The translations under genes and the position numbers were made by a program. Shown one piece after another: positions 25,831-36,400 of a DNA stretch of 53,026 nucleotides. The notes under the pieces are model-generated. The model ran no database searches, was not told the origin of the DNA, and worked only from the letters and a program-made list of their open reading frames with translations. The stretch's first letter is position 1. Each line of letters opens with the position of its first letter. The DNA is from Perkinsus olseni (lineage: Eukaryota): positions 1 to 53,026 of the forward strand of contig JABANN010000208.1 of NCBI GenBank assembly GCA_013115125.1, read 5' to 3'.

Positions 25831-28800
25831 TCAAAGCTTTACACGGGAGATGCCGTCCCGAATATCCGCGGTGTTACCCTTACGCTGGCAGTTCTGAGAG
25901 AAAGACGTCGGAAGATTCGGCGGAATAGTTAACGTCCCATCAAGCCACTCACCAGCTTCTCATTCTTGAAGGTTGCCTTCATCTCCTTTTTGGCCTTCCT
26001 CGCCTCTCGTTGCAGCTGCTTCACAGCAGCCTTGCGCGCACGTCGCTCTTCAGGAGTCTCATCTCGTGGTCGGTATGTTGATACCTGAACCGTTCAAGGA
26101 GAAGCTGAGCAAGCGTGGCCTAGCACGCCCTTGGAATGAAAGTAACAATTCAATATTCAAGTATCATAAATATAGCGGGAAATACCACCCCTGCGGCTCA
26201 TGCCACAATTGCTCGCGAGAATACAACCGCAACAAAGTATTTGAACGTTTTTTTCTCACTTGACCCAAAAGAGCGTCCAGAGCCACACCGAGAGGTGTGC
26301 ATACGAGATAGCTGGTGGCCGCTCTCACGAGACAAGCTCTCAACCCCTACCTCCACGAGCTCCTCCTCCTCCTCGTCCTCCGATAGCTCCTCCACCCCTG
26401 CATCCTCTTCCTCCTGGACGGTCGCTAAGGCCGGGGCCGGAATCATAGCCGGTTTACGAATTCGGGCGGGCCGATTCTGAGAAGATCGTTTCAACTGAGT
26501 TCAACCCGAACTTGAACGTCCTCTTTGTTCTACCGCCGAAAAGAGAACGAAGCCAAAACTGTCATTATTTGTCACGACCGCCTTTTAGGAACTCGTTCCC
26601 GTCGTACTCGGAAGTGACGCGACTCCAAATAAGCGTACCCTTCGTCGACCAATTATTACGATTTTTCCGGGATGGTTAGTATTGTTGGTCAGAGTGGTGA
26701 GAACAGACTCGCAGTCCCAATCGTCGCTCTTCCGTCGCTCCTTCACCGGCACCAGCACGGACTTCTCCTCCTCTTCCGGTCGACTTATCATCTCCCGTGT
26801 AACCTGACCAGACCACTACCGGCCTAGCACAGCGACCACTCCTACTAACCTCGAGTGCTCCTTGCCTGTCGTCCTTAGTAGAGGCCGCGGGCTTCTCATC
26901 GTACTGTTTATAGAGGATGCCGTCCTCCTTCGTCTTAATGTAACTACAGCGTACGGGGTGGAAGGCCGTGCTCCGAATAATACCATATTTTCCGTAATTA
27001 AATTCCAGCCACTACGACATGGCGAGTAAAATGGGTCAGCTCGCGTGGTTACCCTGTGAATCCCTACCAATGTAAGCATAAAAGAACAAAAGTTTTTTTG
27101 CGCAATCGACAGCGGAGCGAAGCAGATCACAGAGTCCTTCTCCCCTACTACTCGTCAATAATATCCTGGCATTCGTTGATGTCGAGGTTCTGCTTGTCAC
27201 GTTTCAAGAAAGCCATGCTGCTCTGTCCCCCAATGGTAGTGGCCCGCTCGAGAGGCATATCAAATCGGGAGAAGTGGTCCTCAAGGTCGCCAATCTCATC
27301 TTCGGCATATCTAAAAATCTTCGCTGTGCGCATCAGACAAAAGACCGCTCTTACTCCTCCTCTAGGAGCCTATCGAACTCGTCGTCCTGCGGTGTGGTGG
27401 TTCCACCCCGCAGCCCCATCATCAGGTCCATTCGATCGTCCTGAATAGGGATGGATACTTCAACGAAACAGGGCCGCCACCGCATGCAAGAAGAGGCTAA
27501 CAGAACCGCCGATACCACACCAACCGCAACTACCGCTGATCATCGCAGGTGATCAGTTGGCGAGACACGCAGAACTGAGTTTATTACTACCTCGGTTTCT
27601 CTGAGTGCCGGAACGCCCCAGAGGAGTTTGGAGTCATCGACGGTGCCATCACCACCTGAAACCGGGAAAAAAGTTGTGCCTCGACACAGAGAGTATCTTA
27701 TTTTCTGCATCGAGCCAGGAAACCACAAAAGGACTTTATACAGGCCAAAACGTGTACTCAAAAGCTGATGAGACTTCGTGACCGATTTCTCGAAATTCCT
27801 CGCGACGTTCCACTTGAGTCCGCCTAAAAACTTCTGACTGGTGGGAGGCCATTAATGACCACCAATCAAGCCCCCTTAGCCTCACCACCACTACTGCCGA
27901 TAGAAGCTTTCCTCATACATCGTGCTGTACATGATATAATCGCCACGTCTCTTCAGCACAAAGGCCGCTTCTGGCTGCTGTCATCACCCCAATAATACAC
28001 AATAGCGGTCTTCAAAACTACTGCCCCTAAAAGTCCCTCCGCCCGCCCTACCATGCAACAGACTGTCGAAGAAGATCTCATCACTCGACCCGTCGTCGAT
28101 GCACTCGTCCTCGTCCATCGCTAGGAACACTGCTCGCTCTTCCGGTGTCATTTTCCTGAATCAATAATAGGTATCCACAATCACTGTGAAAAGCAAGCTC
28201 GACCTCCAAGATGCCGAAAGATACTCAAAAGTTACTTCATCTCAGCTTTCTGCTGCTCCTCCGGGTTGGTCGACGTATCTTTCTCCTCCGCCTCAACCTC
28301 AACCTCCGCATGAGGGCCGACGAAAAGATTCCTCTCATCAATCTTCCGAAGATGCTGATCGTAGTCGTAGCCGTCCGGAGGGAAGTAGCAATCGCCGTCT
28401 GAGAATTGCAAACCGAGGTGAGCCTTACCATTCTCAGCCCCCGAAGGTCGGTGCGTATCAGAAAGAACAGGGCAGGGGGAGTGTTTAATAGACTGCTGTC
28501 TCCCCTCAGTTTCAAGAGCTCCCAAGATCGTCTTATACCCGTTAAACTGAATCCTAGGAGCCCTCCAGTAGTTGAGGAGAGGCAGCAGCCACAGTCTATT
28601 GAGCACACTCTGAGCTTCAATGACACAGGGTGTACACTCAAAAATCTTCCTCATAATTTCTGGTAGGCTGCAAGCGAAAGCTTTTATCGCGAAATGAAAG
28701 ATGGTGACACCGCACTTATCTCTCCTTAATGAACCACCCGTCCAGAGGACAAAAAAAATTTAAATTTTCCCGCGAAAATTCTCAAAAATTTTAGACGTTT

Positions 28801-29270
28801 GTTCGTTCGTCGTCATAAATTCATCTATTATCCGTTCAGGATTCAGAATACGCTCACTTTATTCCCCCCGAGAATAATTTCCCCCCATAACCGACACCAT
28901 CTGAGTCACCTTCACGCGCCACGAAATTGCTGGTGCGGTCAGGACGGGTGGGAACGGACAGCATACCCCCCTGTGATGGTAGTACCTAGGCCGGCGTTGA
29001 CGGCTCGAGGCGTGGCGTCGGAGTACTCGGAGTCGGTGTCGCTGTTGAGAAGGTCATGCTCAGGAAGTTGGGTGCCCTTCTTGACTGAAGAGAGAATCTT
29101 AGGTTGAAGCTGGCAGATACCGAATTACGTTGGTTAGGTGGCACGTAGGGCATGAGGACCTTGTCCTGCGTATCGTTGACGCCGTCGAAGGCCTTGTTGA
29201 CTAGGGCGTAGCGGATGGTGTTGTCATTGCGGAATACCCGCTTCTGGTTGGGCCGGCTGCCCTTCACCAT
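25831..29270 (-). CDS. LTV1: LTV1 (40S ribosome biogenesis factor), multi-exon
   Basis: N-terminus MVKGSRPNQKRVFRNDNTIRYALVNK, then CYFPPDGYDYDQHLRKI, DDWDCESVLTTLTNNTNHPGKI, a basic C-terminus ..RARKAAVKQLQREARKAKKEMKATFKNEKL, and ..GISRVKL-stop. Confidence 0.88.
27898..28015 (-). repeat. 118-nt intronic dispersed element, copy 2 (LTV1 intron)
   Basis: Reverse complement matches 2983-3100 at 115/118. It lies in the LTV1 intron spanning about 27657-28052. Confidence 0.9.
28479..28610. mobile_element. MITE-like element, copy B (LTV1 intron)
   Basis: Inverted ends GTGTTTAATAGACTGCTGTCTCCCCTCA ... TGAGGAGAGGCAGCAGCCACAGTCTATTGAGCAC. Confidence 0.75.
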
Positions 29271-29564
29271 TATAATGGAATTAGTAAGACTTGACTGTCG
29301 GACAGTCGGCCAGGAAAAAATGACAGAAAAAAGCAGCCACCGGGGCTCGAACCTGGTACCTTTGGTGTGGGGGTTGTATTGAAACGCTTTATTTGTGAGC
29401 ACGTATCGAAGTAACTGTCCCTTGCCATTCTCGGGCCCTTCGATCCCCATCGGCCGTCCTTGAGTGGTGCATTGGACTGCATGGAGGTCCTCTCACAGCA
29501 GCCGCTGTAATTTCGTGGCGCCGCGGTCATGGTAGGGTACCCTATCCCCTGTCAAAAGAACTGG

Positions 29565-29677
29565 GGGTGTTCAACAGACTGATGCCTCTGCAGACTTTCG
29601 GGAGCGCTCCCAGGATCGGATTTAACGTATTAAAGTGCTTCACGGGTGCCCTTCTCTTGAGAGTCAGGGGAGATAGC
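29565..29677. mobile_element. MITE-like element, copy C (LTV1/PFDN2 divergent intergenic region)
   Basis: GGGTGTTCAACAGACTGATGCCTCT ... TCAGGGGAGATAGC. The interior aligns with copy A and with the reverse complement of copy B. Confidence 0.7.
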
Positions 29678-29803
29678 CTACCAAAAGCGCGGACGATTTC
29701 TTCCATTCGAGATCGATTCTGGACTTTATTTTCACACCTGGCATTAGTCGGTTCAGAGTAGTCAAGGATCATGGAGCTCAGAGTGAGGATTGTTGCTTTT
29801 GCC

Positions 29804-30706
29804 ATGGCCAACCCCGCAGCCGTCCCCGAAGATTCTTCTTCCAGCAGCAAGTCTGACGCCTTGACGCCTCAGGAGGTGCAGGCGAAGGTGCAGCAGCTGG
29901 AGAGGGAGCGCAGCGCCATCGTCAGCAAAATCGCCGAACTGGAGCAGGAGTCGAAGGAACATGGGTAGTAGTAATTGTGCTGGTAGGAGACTTCTCAATG
30001 GTTGAAGTTGGTTAAGGAAAATTTTGAGGAGTGTGGTGGTCTATGGAGGCTCGGAAGTTTGGTGTAAATAGAGCGCAATGGCATACTGCTTTTCGAGGCA
30101 CGCACGTCCCCTAGATAGATATAAGCGCTTGCTGAGTGACCAACCGGAGTAGTGATAGTGACAGGTGTAGTAGGGGTAGTAGCAGCAAGGGTAGTCCTTA
30201 CGTCCCGTGATGGATATAGACCCTTCATTGGCTGATTGAGAAGTAGTGGGGATGGGCGGTGGTGGTCAGGTTGGTGCTGGGAGCCTTCGACAAGGTGCCG
30301 GAGGACCGTCGCTGCTATCGATTAGTCGGAGGAGTTCTCGTGGAGCGGACAGTGAAGGACTTCCGGCCAGTTGTAGAGGACAACAAAGCTAGGGTAGCAC
30401 GGAGTCTCAGAGCTAGTTTGGTGCAGTGGTGTTAGCGGCTGTTGGTATGCTGATGGTCGTGAGTTCTACTCCCTCAGATGGAAGAGGCTTTGAAGAGTCT
30501 GAGTGATATGCTTTCTGAGAAGACAAAAACCATGGACGAGCTCATCAAAAAGTACTACCGAAAGGGTAGTCGTTTACACCGTCATTTTTCGGGCAAGGTA
30601 CGGTACTACGCCGGGCCTCCCCGCCGCCGCCAACGACAAGGCGAAAAAGGAGGACAAGGTGGAAGACGCGAACTCCGCGGCCCCTTCCGCGGGAGTACTA
30701 GTATGA
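29804..30706 (+). CDS. PFDN2: Prefoldin subunit 2, 4 exons
   Basis: QQLERERSAIVSKIAELEQESKEH|LVLGAFDKVPEDRRCYRLVGGVLVERTVKD, with the C-terminus ending SAGVLV-stop. These are typical PFDN2 motifs. Confidence 0.95.
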
Positions 30707-30821
30707 GTTGTAGTTTCAAGTGACATACTCCGTGAAGCTCCTAGCGTGTTGCGCACAGCGAAGATTCTAGCGTATCTTTGCAGTTGAGTTCTTCATTTTC
30801 CTCCTTCGTCGCCATCCCTCT

Positions 30822-33154
30822 ATGTCAGAGGTGGACAAGCGGCTGAGCCCCTTGGTCAAGAAGGTGGACCAACTCATCTCCAAGGTAATGTCTGTTGCAC
30901 GGCTCAACCTAAGGTTCTTCCCTGTGCGCAAAGATACTCTTCTGTCTCCAGATTACCTCCTCTGGCCAGCATGCGTCTTCGAATCTGATTAATGAGGTCG
31001 GGCAGGTGTGCGTAGATCTGACGCCCTCAAGGGACCAATCTTGGCGGGCAGCCAAGAGAGTCCTTGCCGTCGGCTCCATAGAGAATAAGGGCTATCTAGG
31101 TCGGTTGAAGCTTGCTTGTCGCAGAAAAAAAGATACTAGCTTCAGCTATGTGCCTGGTGGACTCCATCGTTCGACACGAGACCAAGCACAAGAGTCCGGA
31201 CGCCCAATGCTCCTTTGCGAACCTCTTCGCTGACCATGTTTGCCGACTAACCCGGAGGGTAAGGCGCTGGTGATGGGCGCGCAGCGGGAAGAATATCTTT
31301 GTTTTTCTGCTGGTAGGCCTTGTCGGTGCATGCAACAGACAGCGAGTTGGGCAGGATGGGGAAGATGCTGCAGGGCTGGGTTTCGAAGAAGCGCTTCGAT
31401 GCAGCGGTGAGGGAGGAGCTTGAGGGATCTTCGACTGTGGCTTGTGCAAATTTTTGGGGCCACTTTCGTCTGGGGTGCATCTCTACGAGGAAGGGTATGG
31501 CAGGTCGACCTTCTCCGTGCGAGATTAGAATAATAGAAAGATACGCATGTGATGATTGTTGCAACAGTGAGAAATGAATGGTGCCGGCGGCTGGATTGCT
31601 CATAGACCTCGGCTGCGCTTGGAACATCCGTGCCCCTGGTGATTCTGTCTATCGCTATGTGGTGGCGCTCAGGTTACGAAAAAACTGAAGGCCCTCATTC
31701 CAGATGCCACTGATGTTGTTAACAACGGCCTTCGCCGACGACGACAGTCCAAGCGGAAACGGAGGAGCCGAGATTTGGACGACGGCGCATCACCAACCGT
31801 GTCACCATCTAGGGCAGGCACAGGGACGACGGTGCTGCATCATGGGCTGATGGTTGACCAGTTCTTGCGGGATGAGGAGGATGATGATGACCACCATCCA
31901 GCGGAAAGGGGGTCTCCGCGGGAGGAGGAGGAAGAGTTGGTAACGAGGCCGCCGTCGCCGTTGCTGCCGCCAGCAGTTGATCCGAGACCGGTGCCCTCGG
32001 GCGAGCAGGTCGGTGAGAAGGAGGCGCGCCCGTCGTCTCCAGGTGGAGGGTTTACAAAGCCTCCTGAGGCAGGCGATGCATGGACAAGCTCGCCGCCTGC
32101 TGGGGGCGTTAGGGAAATGCGAGGGAGTGCAAGAAGCTCAAGAAACGAGGAGAGAGACCGGGACAGTGGGAGTCACCGTAGGAGGGAGTCACGGCGAGGG
32201 TCGAGGAGAAGCCAATCACGCGAGCGAGGGCATCGGGGGAGGAGCCGGTCTGCCGAGAGGGGTAGTAGAAGTGGTAGAAGCCGCAGTCGAGATCGCCACG
32301 CTTCATCGTCCAGTCGCCGGCATCAGTCGAGGCAGCCAGAGCAGCGTTCTCGTTCGCCCAGGGATGGTTGTGGTAGCAGTCGTCATCGGAGCTCCTCTCA
32401 TGGCCGACGGTCGTTTGGCCGCCACGCGGAAGGCGACGTGAGCGTGGATTTGCCGAAGAGAGCGTCGCAGCACAGCGGGTGGGATGTGGTCCCAACAGGA
32501 GCAGCAGCAGGGCCGGTTACACCGGTGGAGGCCTCCCCGGCGGCACCGCCTCCGCCGCCCTACTCCGCCCAGGGCTTCAACAACCCTATTGGTTTTCCTC
32601 CTATACCGGGCCCTGGTGCCCCGCCTCCGGCTGCCTTCGTGCCCCCTCAGTTCCCTGGCATGATCGGCATGCCCCCTCAAGGGCCCCTCGGAGGAGCCTT
32701 CGCTGGGGCTAGGCCACAGCCGATGTATCCGATGCCGTCCGCTTCGCCCCCGCCGCCCCCGCCGCCTGCATTTGGACAGGGGATGAACGCTCCCTTTGCT
32801 CCGCCGCCGATACCCCAGCCAGCCCACCCTGCTCGGACGAAGGCCCCGGCGTTTCCGTGGCGACCGGCGACGGTCCAGCGGCCCCAAGGGGTGAGCGCGG
32901 AAGCGAAGACAGGCGAGAAGGACGATGATGATGAGTCGAGCGAGATGGATATCGACAGTCCTCGGGTGGTTGAGGAAAAAGAGGTGGTGGTGATTGAGAA
33001 AGAGGAGGTTGCGGGGGTCGAACCTGCGAAGGGCGAGAGTAGTCCAACTGCGGCAGAGGAGGCTGACGCGCTCGACAGTTTAGGCGAGGTTTCCAATCAA
33101 GAAGAGAAGGGAGGTGATAAAGGAGAAGAAGAGGATGAATTCAATTGGGACTGA
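30822..33154 (+). CDS. CTD-interacting domain (CID) protein with RS-rich, Pro-rich and acidic regions (SCAF4/8- or Nrd1-like)
   Basis: Spliced N-terminus contains KGYLAMCLVDSIVRHE..FANLF..LGRMGKMLQGWVSKKRF, resembling CID helices (LYVIDSIVR..KIVRVLNLW). A long last exon carries RSRSRDR repeats, SGWDVVP and poly-Pro. Confidence 0.7.
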
Positions 33155-33477
33155 GATCGGCCCATCTTGGTGGTGGTTGGAGCAGTAGTGTCAGTGCCCT
33201 ATGTATCATTGTAGGAGGATTCGGCAAGGAGTGGTATGGATGGCGGCCAAGTCGTACGCAGTTACATTACCCTATCACGCCGCTGCTGCCAAGCAGCATT
33301 ACGTTGATTATTATTATTGTCGATTTGGCTCAGCCGCCTGCCGGCGAAATTGTATCTTATTCGTGAACTCATGGCAGTGTTGGGTTGTTGTTCAATGTGG
33401 GTAATCGAAAGGTCCCTGGTTCGATCCCGGCTCAGTGCTTTGATGATGGACCATGGCCTTGAGGGACTGCGTTTCAG

Positions 33478-36400
33478 GATGGGAGACGATTTTGGCATGC
33501 CGCCTTTAGTCGCTTCGGTAAGTTTCGACTGCGAGATGAACCGATAAATCATTAATCTCTAATCACTCGACGGATTGCTCATGTGAATTACAGAAAGAAC
33601 GATCCTCGCTGAAGCGACGCAAAACTTTTGCGGCTGAAGCTGGTTTGGTATTACTCATGATCTCGTGCTCTCGCTATCCCCACGTCATCCGAATGAACTC
33701 TTCTCTACCTACTGTAGAAGAATCTCCGTGGCTGTTGTCCAGGCGCGGTCTCCTCCTACTTGATCACGCGTTGTCGGCGGTGTTGGTTCGTCTTTTCTGC
33801 TGGCCGAGAGGGGCTGGAGGGAGTTCTACCAATGCGCCTTTCGGCATCATGCTCTTGAGGAGGCCGGTTAGGTTCTGGAGCAGCGAGGCATGGTAGAAGC
33901 CGACCCAGACCCATCGAGGGAGGCGAGTTTGGGTGGCAGTGGTGGACGGAGAAGCGCCAAGTTGGATAAGTACGGGCATGCCGGTGGTGGTGTGGACGGT
34001 GCGCTCCGAAATCTGTCTGCATGGGCGGACCATTGGTCAGCGTGATAGCTGCAGTGCTATCAGTTCGCTGGGCAGTTTCTTAGTCGATGTCATGTTGATT
34101 AATAGGGCCTCAGTCATGTGGGGGCCGAGAGTGAATGAAAGAAGGCTTTCTCTCTGCTGCTCATGCTAAGCATAAACATTCTCTCTGACGGATCTGAATG
34201 GCTTTGGTATTGTAACGAGGAGATGTCCAGCTGTCCAGCCTTCGCTCAGTTTCCTTCAGCAGCGAGGCGATTGGAACCTATACTGGAAGAGCGGACGGTT
34301 CAGACCATCGGAGTATGCTGGTGTCAAACCGTAATAGTGCTGATGGCGATGGTGGATGGGGACAGGGGGTTGCGTCGATAGTTACCAGAAGATGAATCAT
34401 TTTCCGAGATTGGGTTGCATCACTAGAAAGGACAGCTTGGTTCGGATTATGAGGAGGATGGCAGCGGTGCATGGCTCCCAGGTAGAACAATTGTATTCGT
34501 TAAATGACGGATAACATATCTTATCCAGTCGATGCGATCGACTACTCACTCGTGGTCGCCAACACTCCGAAAGATCTTGCTAACTTTTGCGCTGCCCTCC
34601 AACATTAGATTCGGGCGGCCTCTAGACCCTCCGCGTCGAATGGTCTTTATCGCCGATTGAGAATGCAATTCTCCAGCGTGTAATCTGTCAGGTCTATGGT
34701 TTCGTACCGGAGGCCTATATTCTTCCGAATGAGTACACTAAGTTCGTAGAGACTTACTCGGAGCAAGACGAATGCTCTCGAGCGGTAAACTAGAAGGGCT
34801 TACGCTGGGCAGAAGATTGCAGGGATGGATTTTTGGACGTCCCTTGATTTGCTTGGTGTGGGTGTTGAACCTGTGCCCCTCCTCTAGGGCCTGGAATCCT
34901 ATTGCGAGGAGCTACAGTTCCGCTCTAGATTGCCTACGCTGGAGGGCAGTGTTGCTAATGTGTCGGAGCATATGAGAGCTTGGCAATCTATCGATGACAT
35001 CAGTCGTTTCTGATCCCAGCTTAGCGGAGCGAAGCGCGGAATGTTTTGCATTTTTCCGGTATGTAGGTGTGGATCTGCAAACCGGCTGATAGCTCTCGAG
35101 GGAGGAACATATTTTTGTTGCGAAATTTGGAAGACCTTCGATACGACTCTCAGTTCGTTATCCAGAGGTGAGCTCACCAGTTTCTCCATGGATCGCCGGA
35201 GGACTCCTCTGTTCTCTCAGCTCGTGAATTAGTAATGGAGTGGTATGCACGCATGCGCAAGGTACATAGAGAGGCCCTTCCTCGTTGGTGGATATAAGTG
35301 CGACCTGCGTGTGTATGTATTGGTGGTCAGCGTTCATCCCCTGAAGGCCTACATTTATCGGGATGGTCTTGTGAGGTAAGCACCCCGAGGTCAAAACGTT
35401 TGTGAGTAATTCCAATTCCGCTCGCCACCTGGATCAAGGCCTCCCGCCTAGATTTACGCGGCACAGACGGGCTGCAGGGCGAGACGCGGATGTATATCCG
35501 ATCTTTCCAAATTTCACTTATCCCTCCCGAAGTCGCTCGCCATTGGACTTGGCAAACGGCCAGTGGTGCGAGAAATGGATCTTTTCCGGCTATGAATTCG
35601 GGATATTCTTTCATGGGAATTAACGCGTAGAATTCTCCACTGATTTCCGGAAATTCTCAGAAGCATTCAGGAGAGCTGGAAAAGCATTATCCTTCGATGG
35701 CCCCTCGTGTGAAAGGACGCTCGGCTTATGGCCTACGCGGAAAGTTTTGTTGGGCGTATCTTTTGGTCGACGCGTGCCCCCACCAGTCGAGCGCCGAAGC
35801 CCTCTGGGTCCTGGTGCACACGCTCGTGTATACCGGTTGCAGTTGGGGTTTATAATGAGGGGCTGCGTGTCATGTCGAGTAATCAACGCAGCCTCACACC
35901 ATTGGAGGACTCTTAGCTTCGCAACTGGTCGAGAAGTGTAGGGCTCGTTCTCTAGCTCAAGATTCGGATCGAATATTCTTCATACTGAGATCATTCGGTA
36001 ATTCTGATCCATTAAAAGGTCGGATCCCGGTGGTAGACTTCTTACCCGAAAGCTAAAGGGTGTACTGCAGATGGGTGAAGGCAACAAGAACCCTCCAGTG
36101 GATAACACATGGATCGCACAAGGGTTATTCATTTCCCTGAAACATCTTTGTCTAAACTTCCGAACACCACGTCAGAGTGTCCGTTCGGCATTGAGCGCGA
36201 CCCTAAGGGTCGCCTCTCCGCACGTCGGTAGTGGTTCCTTCTTCCGTTTACGATTTGCTCCAGGTGTGGTATTCCGACGCTAGCCCGGCGGCGTAGTAGA
36301 CTAATGATGTACCGGCTCCATGTATGACAGCCGTTGAGCAACTTGGAAGTCGTGCGTGTCGTGCCTGACGATAACGATGGAGTGTACAGCACGTGGTTCC

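Noticed and set aside
33011-33030. B-box-like GGGGTCGAACCTGCG
   Set aside because: It falls within coding sequence (AGVEPA) and has no other tRNA features.
33795-33830. Apparent frameshift giving LLAERGWREF in TTLL2
   Set aside because: A GT-AG intron at about 33780-33871 gives the equivalent motif VLEQRGMVE with no frameshift.
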